Shown here: positions 1 to 13,225 of the stretch, piece after piece | How the letters are laid out: every line of letters starts with the position of its first letter | How positions within the stretch are numbered: the stretch's first letter is position 1 | NCBI GenBank assembly: GCA_965112735.1 | Contig: OZ218951.1 | Span: 4,216,001-4,280,000, forward strand | Direction of reading: 5' to 3' | Length of the DNA: 64,000 bases | Source of the DNA: Phaeosaccion multiseriatum | Lineage: Eukaryota > Protista > Ochrophyta, other classes | Made by a program: the position numbers and the translations under genes | The notes under the pieces: generated by a model | Databases searched by the model: none | Seen by the model: the letters and a program-made list of their open reading frames with translations, nothing else | Told to the model about the DNA's origin: nothing

Positions 1-108
1 GGGGGGGCGCGCCTAAAATGTTGACCTTGGATTGTTATAAGTGATCGGGGTGTGATCATCATTGAGTATAGTATTTCCCCTCCCACATATAATAGGCAAA
101 GGGAGAGT

Positions 109-3100
109 ATGACGACGTACTGCTCCACCCGCGGAGCACATCATGGCTGTAAGTTCGAGGACGTGGTCTTGGCGGGGCTCGCCACGGACAAGGGACTGTA
201 CGTGCCAGAGTCCGTGGCCAAGGTGTCCGCGGAGGAGATTGAGAGTGTAAGTGGAGGGCAAAGCGCAAGGTGGGGAGAGGTGGGCGGGGAGGAGGTAGTG
301 GCGTGCGGACCACAGTGCGAGAGCTGAGATGTGGATGTGGATGTGGTGTGGTGTGGTGTGGGCCTCGACGGAGTTGCTGACGTGTGCTTTCCTCAGAGGG
401 CCAGCAGCGCAGTGTCTTGCCCATCTGGCTGTCTTCCCTCTCTAGCGGTGCATCTTTGGAAAGCTGTGCTTCTTTCTTTTCATTTCGGCGCTCAGTCTTC
501 GAGAACAATGGAGTGTCTACAGAGCTGCGTGTGCACTTGAGCTTCGGCTTACGCAGCTGTAAGGGCAGCAGAGGAGGGACTCCGGTTCAGCCCAATGCGT
601 TCATCCTTACGATCGTACCCCCCCTCCCTCTCTCGCGCTCTTTCCTGCTGTCCTTCTGCATATGACAAACAGTGGCGGTCTCTCATCTTCCCTGAGCTAG
701 CCCACAAGATTATGTCTCGCTTCATCTCTCCAGACGAGATAGCCCCTGACCATCTTATGGACCTCCTCAGTAGATCCGCCAAGAACTTTAGACATCCCGG
801 TAAGAGAGTAAGAGTCACCCACACTACTGCTGGTAGAGCAGAAGTATTTGGAGGGGGTGGGAAAGGCCTTGGCTCTCGCATTATCTATCTTGCCTCTCAC
901 CCTACGCCCCAACGTTGCCGCCTTGGTCTGGAACGAACAAACATCCCTCCCGCCCAATCACCCACTGTTTGTCTTTTCTCTCTTCAGATGTGACCCCCGT
1001 GGTAAAGGTCGGTGACACGTGGGTGATGGAGCTCTTCCACGGGCCGACCTTCGCTTTCAAGGTGAGCCAAGAACGGAAGGCACCGGAAGGCACTTGAAGG
1101 CACTGGCCGTATATGAGAGAGGGCTGTGTGTGTGTGTGTGGGGGGGGGGGAGGACGGAACCGCCCGGCTACGAATTCAAAGCGGCAGTCAAGGCAGTTGC
1201 ATCGCAAAGTGACAGCACGTGCTAGGCCCGGCCCAGAGGGGTAACACTGGTGTGCATTGTGCGCGTTGAAGTGTCCTCTGATGGGGAGGGGGTGTGGGAA
1301 ATGAGATAGTGACCCTTGTCAACCACTCCCGGCCACACAAAAATGAACCCTAGTAATATATAGTTTTAGGGAGGGGATTTATCCCTCCTTTTATCCTCTG
1401 CTGGGTGGGGTCCTGAGGAGCGCTGTGACTTTCGATCATTCTCTACATATCTATCTCTTACATGTCTCTTCCCATCTGTCTCTACCTATCCGTCGCAACC
1501 TCTCCCTCCCTCCCCTGTCCCTCAGGACGTGGCCCTGCAGTTTCTGGGTAATCTGTTTGAGTACTTCCTTCTGCGCAAGAGAGCTGCTGGCGAGGAGGCA
1601 AAGCTCACAATCCTGGGAGCGACCTCCGGGGACACAGGCAAGCATCCAGTCAGTCAGTCAGTCAGTCAGTCAGTCAGTCAGTTAATCAGTGTGTGGCCCA
1701 CCTGCCCATACACCTCTACCCTGCTCTTACACCTCTACCCATACGCCACTGCCCTGTGAAACACACAGGTTCGGCTGCCATCTACGGGCTGCGCGGCAAG
1801 GCGCACATCGACTGTTTCATCATGTTCCCCACGGGAAGGGTGAGCGAGATCCAGGAGAGACAAATGACCACAGTGAAGGATGCCAACATTCACTGCCTCT
1901 CGCTCAACGGGACCTTCGACGACTGCCAGGTGGGGAGGGGGAGGTAGGAAGGGGGAGGGGGGACGAGGGAGGGGAGGACGTGAGGGAGGGAGGGAGGGAG
2001 GGAGGCAGGAAAGGGAGGGGAGGGAGGGAGGGGAGGGGAGGGAGGGAGGGAGGGAGGGAGCCAATCGATGTGATTCGCTTGTTTGTCAGACACCGACACC
2101 GATACACATGCCCCGTCTGTTTCCTTCCGCCCCTCGTGCGAGCGTGTGAGGTGTGGCCTTGTTAGCATGTTCTTCTGCAGTTCCAATGTCCGCTTGTATG
2201 GCCTGCCCTTGGCAATCTGGCTTTGGACCTTGCTCATTGATGCTTGCGTTCTGAGACTTGACCTCCTCCTAACCGCCACTGTCGTTGGTGTCTCCTCCCC
2301 TTCTTGTCAATTCTTGTTGGTCGTGCTCACTTTCTGCCCACAACTCACAGGCGGTGGTGAAGGGCGCCTTCGGAGACGAAGATTTCCGAGAGGAAGTGAA
2401 GCTTGGGGCCGTTAACTCCATCAACTGGGCGAGGGTGCTCGCACAAATGACGTACGTCATCCGCGCACACACTCATGCGCACGCGCTCTCATGCACGCAC
2501 GCACGCACGCACTCACGCACCTTCGATCTCTGGGTACTCGTGGTGCCCCCGTCTCTCCTCACTACATGTTTCCTCTTTCGTCCCTCTCTTATGAAACTGA
2601 ACCTGAACCAGATTGCATACTTCTTGTTGTACTTCCTTCTTGTGTCTGCCGTTGCCTCCCCCCCCCCCCTCCCTCCCTCCCTCCCTCCCTCCCCCTAACC
2701 CGCAGGTACTACTTTTGGAGCTACTTCCGCGTGACGGACGCCAAGGCCGAGGCAGGCGAGCCCATCGAGCCGCTCAACTACTCGGTGCCCACAGGAAACT
2801 TTGGAGATGTGTTGGCGGGCTACTACGCAAAGGTAAGGAAGATGCGTCGACAGGACAGGCCGTCGACAGTCCGTCGACAGTCGGTCGATAGAGTCTGTCC
2901 ATAGATAGTATAGGCGTCGATATATAGAAAGTCCGGCGGGCCACTGCACAAAGAAAAGGCCCCGTCCGTCTTTGGTTCAAACACAGACTCACTGCCCACT
3001 CACTCACTCACTCACACTCACTCACTCACTCACTCACTCACTCACTCTCATCTCTCCCATCCCTCCCTCCCCCGCCCCGACCCCCACAGCGCATGGGTCT

Positions 3101-3836
3101 CCCCCTGGGCAAGCTTGTGGTTGCCACCAACGAGAACGACATCCTGCATCGCTTCTTCACCTCTGGCAAGTACTGGAGAGAAGGCGTGCTGCCCACCGCC
3201 TCCCCCTCCATGGACATTTGCGTGTCCAGCAACTTCGAGAGGTACGTGAGTAGGGTGTATGGGCAAGCCTATGGGCAGGCATATGGGCAGGCATATGGGC
3301 AGGTGTATGGGCAGGCAGGCTGACAGATGGATGGATAGATAGAGAGGCATACGAGTATATAGACCCGGTCTCGCCCCGTCAATGATTCGGGTCATTTGCC
3401 CCGGGGATCACGTACATGCACACACCCGCACACGCTACGCTACCCAAGCGTGATTATGCAACCGTCTTTCTCCCCCCCCCCTCCCGCAGGTATTTGTTCC
3501 ACTTGGCGGGCGACGACCCGGAGACCCTCAAGGGCTGGATGAGCGGTTTCGAGGAGACGGGCCAGCTCACGCTCGACGGCAAGCTGCTGCAGAACGCGCA
3601 GGACGACTTCCTGAGCGCGCGCGTAGACACCGAGGAGGTGCGTGGCGTGGTGTCGAGTCGTGGTGTTGTGTTTTTGTGGTGTGTGGGTGTGCGTGCGCGC
3701 GCGTGTGTGTGTGTGTGCGTGCGCGTGTGTGTTTTTGTGTGTGTGTTTGGTGTTGTGTGTGTGTGTGTGTTTTGGTGTGGCGTGTGGCATGGTGTGGTGT
3801 GCTGTGGTACTCACCCACTTGCTTCACTCAAATCAC

Positions 3837-3876
<40 letters not shown>

Positions 3877-4277
3877 ACTCACGCACCACTATTTCGCTTG
3901 TTTTTCACTTGCTTACACGCTCACTCACCCAAATGATCACCCACTCACTCACGCACTCACTCACTCACCCTGCTTGCCGTGGCAGTGCCTGGCCACGATC
4001 AAGCAGAACTACGAAGAGCACGAGTACCTGTTCTGTCCACACGCTGCCATCGGTATGGCGGCTCCTGACAGCTGCAGCCTGCCCAGGGCCAACACCGTCG
4101 TCCTGGCCACCGCTCACCCAGGTGCGTGCGTGGTGTGTGTGTGTGTGTGGGGGGGGGTTATGAGGTGTGTGTGTGTGTGGGGGGGTTATGGTCTGTCTGT
4201 GGGGGATGTTTCGGGCCACTCGCACTGATAAGTAGAGAGCGAGGAAGAGAGAGACGGGTAGAAAAGAGAGAAAGCAC

Positions 4278-4319
<42 letters not shown>

Positions 4320-4669
4320 TCACTTGTGGCCCAGCCAGCAGCACATCACCAGCATCACAATCACCATCACCGCCGTCTTGGCAGTCGACTGACTCAACTC
4401 CTCCATCCACTGCCATTCCCCGTCTGCTCTTCCCCTCTCGGCGTGTCCTGCCTGCCTGGTTGCCCTCCCGTCCACTACCACCCACTGCCATCCCCTGCCA
4501 TCTCCCCCTACTCATGCACCCCTGCAGGCAAGTTCCCCGCGGCAGTGAGTAAGGTTGTGGACCCTCTGCCGGACGCCCCTTCTCAGCTCGCGGTGCTGTA
4601 CACTCTGCCCGAGAGGAAGGTGAGAGGCGGAGGAGGGATGGCAGTAGACGGGGGATGGATTGGACCAAT

Positions 4670-4704
<35 letters not shown>

Positions 4705-5182
4705 TTGTGTGCGTTGCGTGTGCCTCCTCATTTCCCTCCACACACCCCGACTCTCACATATTTCTCGTTTTTTTTTCTTTGTTTCTAACCCCCAACACTC
4801 CCAACACTCAATCAATGCTCAAACGACAAAACACGTTTTACTTGCGCGACCCCCACCCCCCACCACCCCACCACCCGACCACCCGACCACCCAACGACCC
4901 CAGGGCATGGTCGCCAACGACCTCGGTGAGGTGCAGGAGTACATCAGAGACCACCTCACGGGGGCAGAGGACAGGGGCGGCTTACATAGGCTTCGAACGT
5001 GGTCTGCCCGCCGCCTCTCCATGCGCAAACAGTCGTTTTTGCAGATGTTGTCGGATGCTCGAGGCGAGGACGAGGGGGCGGAGAAGAAGCAGCAGAAGAT
5101 GGCGGCTTTGGGGTTGGGGGCGGTGGTGGTGGTGGCGGCCGTGGCGTTTGGCGTGTTTGCTGGCAAGTCGAAGGGGCGGTGA
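109..5182 (+). CDS. THR4: Threonine synthase (PLP-dependent, fungal/proteobacterial type), 12 exons, with a C-terminal hydrophobic extension
   Basis: Exons 109-246, 673-799, 988-1061, 1526-1637, 1769-1929, 2351-2451, 2706-2832, 3090-3241, 3490-3637, 3986-4121, 4528-4619, 4904-5182 join in phase. Motifs: YCSTRG, GLATDKGLYVP, ELFHGPTFAFKD (PLP lysine), ATSGDTGSAA, GTFDDCQ, NSINWAR, VPTGNFGD, SPSMDI, SSNFER, LATAHPGKF. Confidence 0.95.
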
Positions 5183-6179
5183 GAAGGAAGGGAAGAAAGA
5201 GAGAGAGAGCGCGTTCTTTCTTGTTAGCTTATGTTACTTAGGGTTACGGTTATGTTAGGTTAGGTTGGGTTTTGGGTTTGGGTTTGGGTTTGGGTGGCTT
5301 TTCTGTTCTGTTCCCCAAACAGCCCTCCCTTTACCCTCTCGCCCAATGCCACTTTAGAGGTTAGACACACAAGGAGAGAGAGAGAGAGAGAGAGATGTAT
5401 CTAGTAAAGTAGTTAGTAGAGTGGGTAGGGTGTCCTTCCTGAGACCTTACTGAGGGCAGTGAAGCAACCGTCTGCTTTTTTTCTTTAGGTATGCAAGCAA
5501 TGAAAGGAGGGAGGGAAGGTGACAGAATTCCTTCTTTCCTCTTGGTGCCATTTTACTGCGGAGGGAGTGAGACAACGAAAAAATTCCGTTTCCCAAGTAT
5601 AATGACATCAAGTTGAGATGACACCCGCGAGTGTTAACGGGCTCACTTTCGTTGCCTGCATGCCTGCGGGTAGCTAAGGGAGCGGGTGCTATCAATCCCC
5701 CCCGGATCGGCCCCGGACAGAAGGATAAGCGGAAATTCGCACCGTGAGCTGAAATTCGATGAAATCTCGAGCAGTTAGCGCCGGCCGTAAGCTGAATCGG
5801 GCTCCGGATGATCATGGCAAGCTTATAATCCTGTGCAGGCCCGACCAGGATGGAGAAAGAAAAAGAGAGGAAAAGAGAGCAACCATTTCGATGAGATCGA
5901 TTTCCTGCATAGAGGGCCTCGATATTCAAAATGTTCCTTGACCGAACTCACGCCCCACCCATTTCCCAGCCTTTTCTCTCTGCCACACGAGTCAACTCGC
6001 TGTATTAGGCAACTCGGAAGGCAGAGTCACTCGCGGGGATATTAGGCATCATTAGGGGCTTTAAATTAGCAGTTGCGTGGAAGGGGGGATGATTGCGTAA
6101 TCCGACTTATCAACCCGAGACTACCACCCGCTTTTTTTGAAGGGCCCGCCCAGAGCACACACACCCTGGCGCGCGCAGG

Positions 6180-8013
6180 ATGGGGCTGCTGAAGGTGGGC
6201 AAGCCTTTGACCTGGGAGGAGAGCGCTCCGAAGAGAAACTACGTGAGGAAGCACGGAGTTGTGCAGTTCGTGAACACCTTCAATAAGGTACGAATGCTTG
6301 CTGTCCACCTCAGCCCTCCTCGCCGACCGAAACTTTGGGAAAGAGCAGAACCCCCCGCTTGATCCACTCTCTTGTCGAGGACAGCATCCTCGCTACTCTT
6401 GTGTCTACGTACACCTGAGAGAGAGAGCGAGAGGGGTGGAGGCGGTTGACTATGACGTTGATGTTTGACCCCACTTGTCACCCTCTCCCTGTTTTGGCCC
6501 TTTCGTCCGTGTCTCTGTTGTCTGCTCCTCTGCAGATCAAGCACGTCTGTCATGATGAGTTGCTGTGGGGCGATGAAGTGGAGTACGGCATATTTAAGGT
6601 GAGGGTTTAGTCCGATCCTTCTTGCTAATCCTTGTCCCATCCTTACATCCACCCCCCCGCATCGTATCATGGAGCCCTAACCACCCCCTCCCCCTCCTCC
6701 TCCTCCTCCTCCTCCTCCTCCTCCTCCTCCTCCTCCTCCTCCTCCTCCTCCTCCTCCTCCTCCTCCTCCTCCTCCTCCTCCTCCTCCTCCTCCTCCTCCT
6801 CCTTCTTCTTCTTCTTCTTCTTCTTCTTCTTCTTCTTCTTCTTCTTCTTCTTCTTCCTCCCCCCAACCCATCAGATGGATCACGCTGCCAAAACAGCAAA
6901 GCTCTCCCTCCGAGGGGCAGAGGTGCGGGCCGAGCTGAGCACCAAAGAAGAGCGCTCCCTCCACCGCTGCGAAGGATGCATGTGGCACCCCGAGTACGGG
7001 TCATGGATGGTCGAGAGTACCCCTAGACAGCCCTTCTCCGGCTATGCTGCCGATCTTCTCCGGGTGGAACGGAATATGCGGCTGAGGCGAAAGAGGCTGT
7101 TGAGCGTGCTGAAACCCGACGAGATTGCGCCCACCGTGTCGTGCTTTCCTCTCATGGGAGTCGGGCAGTTTACATACCCTCCACACAAGACAGGTAGGCT
7201 GCGGTGGGTTGGTGGGGTGGGGTGGGTGGGTGGGTCGGTGAGTGGGTGGGAGGGACGGACGGAGGGAGGACACATGTCCATTGGGGTGCGGCGCTCTTGT
7301 TGGCGCGTTGGTACTTCGCTCTCCCCTTGCGCGTGTGTGCGTGTATATATGTGTGTGTGCGTTTGTGTGTGTTCCCCATTCTTTCTGCCTCTCTACTCTT
7401 CGCCCACACACACTTATACCCACACGCGCACGCACACACTCACACACGCACACACGCACGCACACACGCACGCACACACACACACACACACGCACGACAG
7501 GCGGGCCCTTCTCTGAGTCCGAGTACGTCCCGGACGCAGTCATCAACCCGCACCCGCGCTTCGGCGCCCTTACGCGCAACATTCGGGCTCGCAGAGGATC
7601 GAAAGTAGACGTGCGCCCTCCTCTCTTCAGAGACACACACACGCCAGAGTTCGGGCATCAGCAGCAGCAGAAGCAGCAGACTCAGCAAGGCGGGGATGGG
7701 GCAGGGGGTTCTAACGTCAAGGCAGACTCCTCTATTCTTGATGTCGACAAGATCGACATTCAGGAGAAGAGTGGCTTGGAGGCTGAGGCGACTGGTGACG
7801 GCAACACGGCTGGGGCCGGGGCCGGGGCCGGGGCCGGAGAGCCAACTGTCGAATCAGTAGAGAACGGAGAGCCCCCTTCCGTGCACATGGACTGCATGGC
7901 CTTTGGCATGGGCTGTTGCTGCCTGCAAGTCACCTTCCAGGCCAGGGACTTGGAGGAGTCGCGCTTCATGTGCGTACGGGCATATGGGCAGGGGCACGCA
8001 GATTATATCACCA

Positions 8014-8048
<35 letters not shown>

Positions 8049-11000
8049 CCTTCACCCTACTTCTGCGCTGTGAAGTCCTCTCCTTTTTACTTTCGATTGT
8101 CTATTTACCTGCCCGTATGCCTGCCTGCCTGCCTGCACATATGCCCATGTGCCCTCATGTCTGCCTGGCGACGCTCAGGTACGACCAACTTGCGGTGCTG
8201 AGCCCCATCATGCTCGCTCTGACCGCCGCCACGCCCATCCTCAAGGGGAGGCTTGTGGACACCGACGTGAGGTGGGCAACCATCGCCGCCTCGGTGGATG
8301 ACCGCACACCGGCAGAGAAGGGGGAGGGAGAGGGAGAGGGAGAGGGAGAGGGGGATCCTAATATGGCGGGGGGCGGCAAGCGACGGCTGTACAAGGTGAG
8401 ATGAAGGGAGGCGGAAAGGTAGAAGGAGGGGGAGGGGGAGGGAGGGAGAGAGTTAGTAGAGGGCTCTGGCTCCAAGGGGATGGGGGAAGAGAGATAGAGA
8501 GAGCGAGGGAAGGAAGGAGGGAGGGAGGCAGGGAGGGGGAGGCGGAGATGGAGGTAAGGGGGCGGTTCGATCGATCGGCGTTTTTTTGTTCGGTGGACGC
8601 CATCTCTCCTCTCACTCGCAGGGTCTCATTCGTGTGTTTTGCACTGTTTGCGTGTTCCCTCCCCTCCCTCCCCTCCCCTCCCCTCCCTCTCCCCCCTCTC
8701 TCCCTCCCTCTGCCCCCCCCTTCCTCCCTCCCTCCCTCCCTCCCCGCCGTACGCAACAGTCTCGCTACGAGAGTATCTCCTCCTACCTGCACTTCTGCCA
8801 CCGCAAGCCCGACAACCCCATGCACGTGCTGGACACGTACAACGACATTGCCTGCCCCATCGACGAAGCCTCCCACAAGTTCCTCCTCGACAGCGGGGTG
8901 GATGGGGCCATGGCCAACCACGTTGCTCATCTCTTTGTAAGAGATCCCTTGGTCGTGTTCGAGGGGGCGGTGGAGGAGGTGGATGATGAAACGTCGACGG
9001 AACATTGGGAGTCCATCCAAAGCACCAACTGGCAAACTGTAAGGTGGAAGCCTCCACCCCCCCGCGAGCAGCACTCACCGCACATTGGCTGGAGGGCCGA
9101 GTTTCGTAGCATGGAGGTGAGGGAGTGAAGGGGGGGGGGTGCGTGCGTGCGTGGTGGCTTGAAAGATGGTTGTTGACTGCTGAGTCCTTCAGCTTGGTCT
9201 CTTCTTGAGCCATCGTGAGTGTGACTGTCTGTCTGTATCTTCTGACAATGTTACCTATATGTTGTGACGCCCTTCGCTTCCGTTCCCTCTCCTCCCCCCC
9301 GCCCATCTGCTGCCATTCCTTACCCCTCTTCAGATGATGCTGACGGACACGGAGAACGCGGCCTTCACGGTGTTCGTGGTGCTTGCCACGAGGGTCATCC
9401 TCGCCTTCGACCTCAACCTCTACATGCCCCTAGTAAGTAATCAAGGAGAGTCGACCTGGGAAGTCGAGCTGCTTGACGAAACAAGTCGAATCGAGTGGAG
9501 GAGTCGAAGTCGAAGCTGCTGTCTCCCTTTGCCTGCCTCTTATTCTCTCCCTCTCTTTCTCCCTTTCCCTCTCTCGTTTCCCTCCCTTCGTACGTTCGTA
9601 CGTACTTGTGGATGGCAGTCCATGGTGGATGAGAACATGGCCAGGGCGCACAAGAGAGACGCAGTCACGACGCAAAAGTTTTGGTGGAGGCTTCACATGG
9701 CGCCTCCCGAGGAGTGCTGCGATGAGGAGAGAGAGGAGGAGAGTAAGAGCACCAGCAGCGCCAGCAGCGCCAGCAGTAGCAGTGGCTCAGAGTCAGGGGG
9801 GGAGGAACCAGTTGGTGATACGGCAGTAGCAGATGGCGACGACGGCGATGAAGAGCACCAGGGGCACGACGACCACGTGTACGAGCAGGAGAGGCACAAC
9901 ACGCGCTGCCAGCAGGTGAGACTCACTCACTCACTTACTCACTGACTCTTTCACTCACCCACTCACTGACTCACTTACTCTTTCACTCACCTACTCACCC
10001 ACTTCCTCGCTCACTCACGCACTCGCTCACTCACTCACTCACTCACTCACTCACTCACCCACTCACTCGCTCACACTCACTCACTCACCCACTCACTCAC
10101 CCATTCACTCACTCACCCTCACGCAGGCGCCACCCTCGGGCTTCGAAGAGATGACTCTTGGCGAGATCCTCACGGGGAGGGGCAAGGGCGGGTCCTACCC
10201 AGGTATGTATGTATGAGAGAGGGGGAGAGAGAGGGAGGGGGAGAGAGAGGGAGGGGGAGAGAGAGAAAGAGAGATGAGAGGGGAGGGAGAGGAAGATGAA
10301 GAGAAACAGAGAGGGAGGGAGGGAGGGAGGGAGAGGGAGATGGAAGAGGAACAGAGAGAGAGAGACGAAGAGGGAGAGAGACACGAAGAGAGAGAGAAAT
10401 AAACTTTTTGTACTCGTCCTCTTTTATCTACTTACTCACCTTCACTCTGTTCTTCGGCCTTTTCAACCTCTCCTTCCTTCTTTCCGTCCTCTCCTGTCCT
10501 GCCCATCCACTGCCATCCCATGTCCTGCCCTACCCCCCTGTAGGCCTCATCCCGCTGATCTACGCGTACCTGGACCACATTGGGTGCGACACAGAGACAA
10601 GCGCGAGGGTGCATCAGTACCTTGAGCTCATCCGGAAGGTAAGGTGGAAGGTAACCAACCCAACCCACCATATACCCCAAACTATAACCCCAACCCACCC
10701 CAACCCGTCCCAACCCATCCCAACCCCACCAAACCCAACCCAACCCAACCCAACCCAACCCAACCCCACCAAACCCAACCCAACCCAACCCAACCCAACC
10801 CAACCCAATCAGCGTGCCTCTGGCGAGCTGCCTACGACGGCCCGCTGGATGAGAGACTTTGTCCAACAGCACCCCGACTACAAGCACGACTCGCACGTGT
10901 CAGAGGCCACAGCACACGACCTGCTGATGGAGTGCAAGGCCATTGGAGAGGGCACAAAGCACTGCCCCGAGCTGCTTGGTGACCTGCTCATTCGACCCAT

Positions 11001-11458
11001 TGTCCCTGAGGCAGGGTACGACGTGAAGCTCACGAGTGGACGTGTCTCCGGCAGGAGGAGGCGCACATTGCTGCAGGTGAGAGTAGCAAGTTCTGTGTGT
11101 AGTCAGTAAGTCGGTGGAACATTAGCTTCCATTTAGTGCCATCGTTATATATTGTACATGTAGCGCGATGCGAATCAGAGCTGTCGTTTTGATGTGGTGT
11201 GGTGTGTGGTGTTGTGATGCTTGCTTGGTTGTTGATGGGCGCGTCTCTCCCTCTTGTCGCGCGGTCTGCTCCTCTTGTGTATGTGTATGCATTTGTGCCT
11301 TTCCGACCGACTGACCGCTTCCTCCCTCCTCCCGTCACTTGCAGAAGTACACGGCCCGGCAGGCGTTCCAAGAGCACCCCCTGGGGGAGGCCACGGAAGA
11401 ACAGGACCGAAGGGAAAGCTTCTCGCGCACCAGAGAGCCCTCCAACATGTGGTACTGA
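6180..11458 (+). CDS. GCLC: Glutamate-cysteine ligase catalytic subunit (gamma-glutamylcysteine synthetase, animal/fungal type), 12 exons
   Basis: Exons 6180-6287, 6536-6598, 6875-7193, 7501-7969, 8179-8395, 8760-9116, 9334-9432, 9619-9915, 10127-10202, 10544-10638, 10813-11076, 11345-11458. Motifs: [76 protein letters not shown]. Confidence 0.95.
6694..6858. repeat. (CCT)n-(CTT)n microsatellite in GCL intron 2
   Basis: Long CCT run switching to a CTT run, directly visible. Confidence 0.95.
10714..10808. repeat. (AACCC)n pentanucleotide microsatellite in a GCL intron
   Basis: Tandem CAACC/AACCC units ending just before the acceptor at 10812. Confidence 0.9.
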
Positions 11459-11592
11459 GAGGCCACTGAAACTCATACTCATTCACTGCCATTTTGTGTA
11501 GGTAGTGAAGCATCACGACTGGTGCACGAGAAAACGAGTGCAGGTGCTCATGCTCTGATTCCACTCTTCTCGTGTGTGTAGATTCATGCAGC

Positions 11593-11900
11593 TGGTTGGT
11601 TGGTCGGTTGGTTGGTTGGTTGGTTGGTTGGTTGGTTGGTTGGATCATTGCTTGGTTGGCTGGTTGATTGATTGGTTGGTGTTGGTTGGTTGGTTGATTG
11701 ACTGCTTGGTTGATTGATTGGTTGATTGGTTGATTGACTGCTTGGTTGGCTGGTTGGTTGGTTGATTGACTGGTTGGTTCGTTGGTTGGTTGGTTGATTG
11801 ATTGATTGATTGGTTGTTTGTTTGGTTGATTGACTGCTTGATTGATTGGTTGTTTTTTGGTTGGTTACTTGGTTGCTAGGTTGGCGACTTCGTTGGTTGA
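11593..11900. repeat. (TGGT/TGAT)n tetranucleotide microsatellite, intergenic
   Basis: About 300 bp of degenerate TTGG/TTGA units. Confidence 0.9.
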
Positions 11901-12872
11901 TTTGCTTTGACGGTGTATGTGTGGTGCATCGGATAGGGGTAGTTGCCCTCATTCTACTGTGTAAAGTGGACAGAAAGGTCGTCAAGGAGGGTCAGTCAGG
12001 GTGTTTGTATGTGGGTCTCTTGGGAACCCCAACCAGGTGGTGGTGGTGGTGGTGGTACACTTACGGATGTGATGTTAACCAAATGAAAGTGTGATTTAAA
12101 TTTTAAAAGTCTTACGATGACGGTCTATTGAAGATGTGTTTGGCATGTTATGAACATCGAAGCAACGTATGTATAAACTCAGAGCCTTTTCTTTTCGGGA
12201 CGGGCCTACTGTCGCCCGGTGCCTGCCCACTGCAAATCAGCAATGGTACGACTCTGCCCCCCCCCCCCCCCCCCATGTGCTCTGCTGGTGTGTAGGGGTG
12301 CAAGCGAAACACTGCTGCCCACTTTTAACAAATTTTAAGAAAAGTACATTAGCCACTAGAGCGAGAGGGAGAGAAAGAGAACAGAGAGAGACGTCAGTGG
12401 CAGTGACGGAAGCGCCTCAGGACAGCCTCATGTCTGTGCTGCTGCCGAGACGGGAGTCAGGTCCAGCACCTGTGGGCAGGGAGGAGGAGGAGGATGAAGA
12501 GGATGGAGGAGGGAGGAGTGAGGAGGAGGAGGAGGAGGAGGAGGAGGAGGAGGAGGAGGAGGAGGAGGAGGAGGAGGAGGAGGAGAGGTGGGAGGAGGGA
12601 AAAGGAGGGAGGGAGGAGGGGGTGAGGGGCATGCAGGATAGAGTTGAAACAGATGAGCGCATTTTTGAAAGGCAATGGCATACACTGTACAGGAATGAAA
12701 AGAGTATACGAAATAAGCAAGGCAAGCCAAGCCAAGCATGACTCAGCCTCTACAACTACCCAGACACTCCTGCCCCCCCCCCCCACTGTCTCCCCTGCGC
12801 AACGGCACCGTCGGCTCCCTTGCTGCTCCTTCAAAATTGAGCAACACTTGCTCATCCCCCCCCCCCTTCGCT

Positions 12873-13179
12873 CTAACTTACCACCTCCCCCGTTCTGTTG
12901 GGCAGTGGCGTTTCATCGCTGGTAACGTCGAATCTGCAGGCCGGGCAAACGCGATGTGCGTCCATCCATGTCATGACACTGGAGCGCATAGGGGGAAGAG
13001 GGTACAGGGGTATACAGGGGGTAAAGCAAGGGTAGAGGGGTAGCAGGGGGGTTAGGAAGAGGGCAGAGGCAAGGGGCAACAAAGCAGCCATGCAGCAGTC
13101 GGGCAGCACAGGGGCGAGAGCGGGCGAGAAGGAGCCACACACACACACACGCACGCACCCACACACAAATAGAGTGCAC

Positions 13180-13225
<46 letters not shown>

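Noticed and set aside
5238-5295. TTAGGG/TTAGG/TTTGGG run as an interstitial telomere
   Set aside because: Only one true TTAGGG; the rest is a short degenerate SSR like many others in this window.
5447-5941. Intergenic ORFs between threonine synthase and GCL
   Set aside because: No motifs, no splice chain and non-ATG or short; treated as non-coding.
109-11458. Threonine synthase plus GCL as a metabolic gene cluster
   Set aside because: Different pathways and no shared regulatory signal seen; adjacency alone is not evidence.
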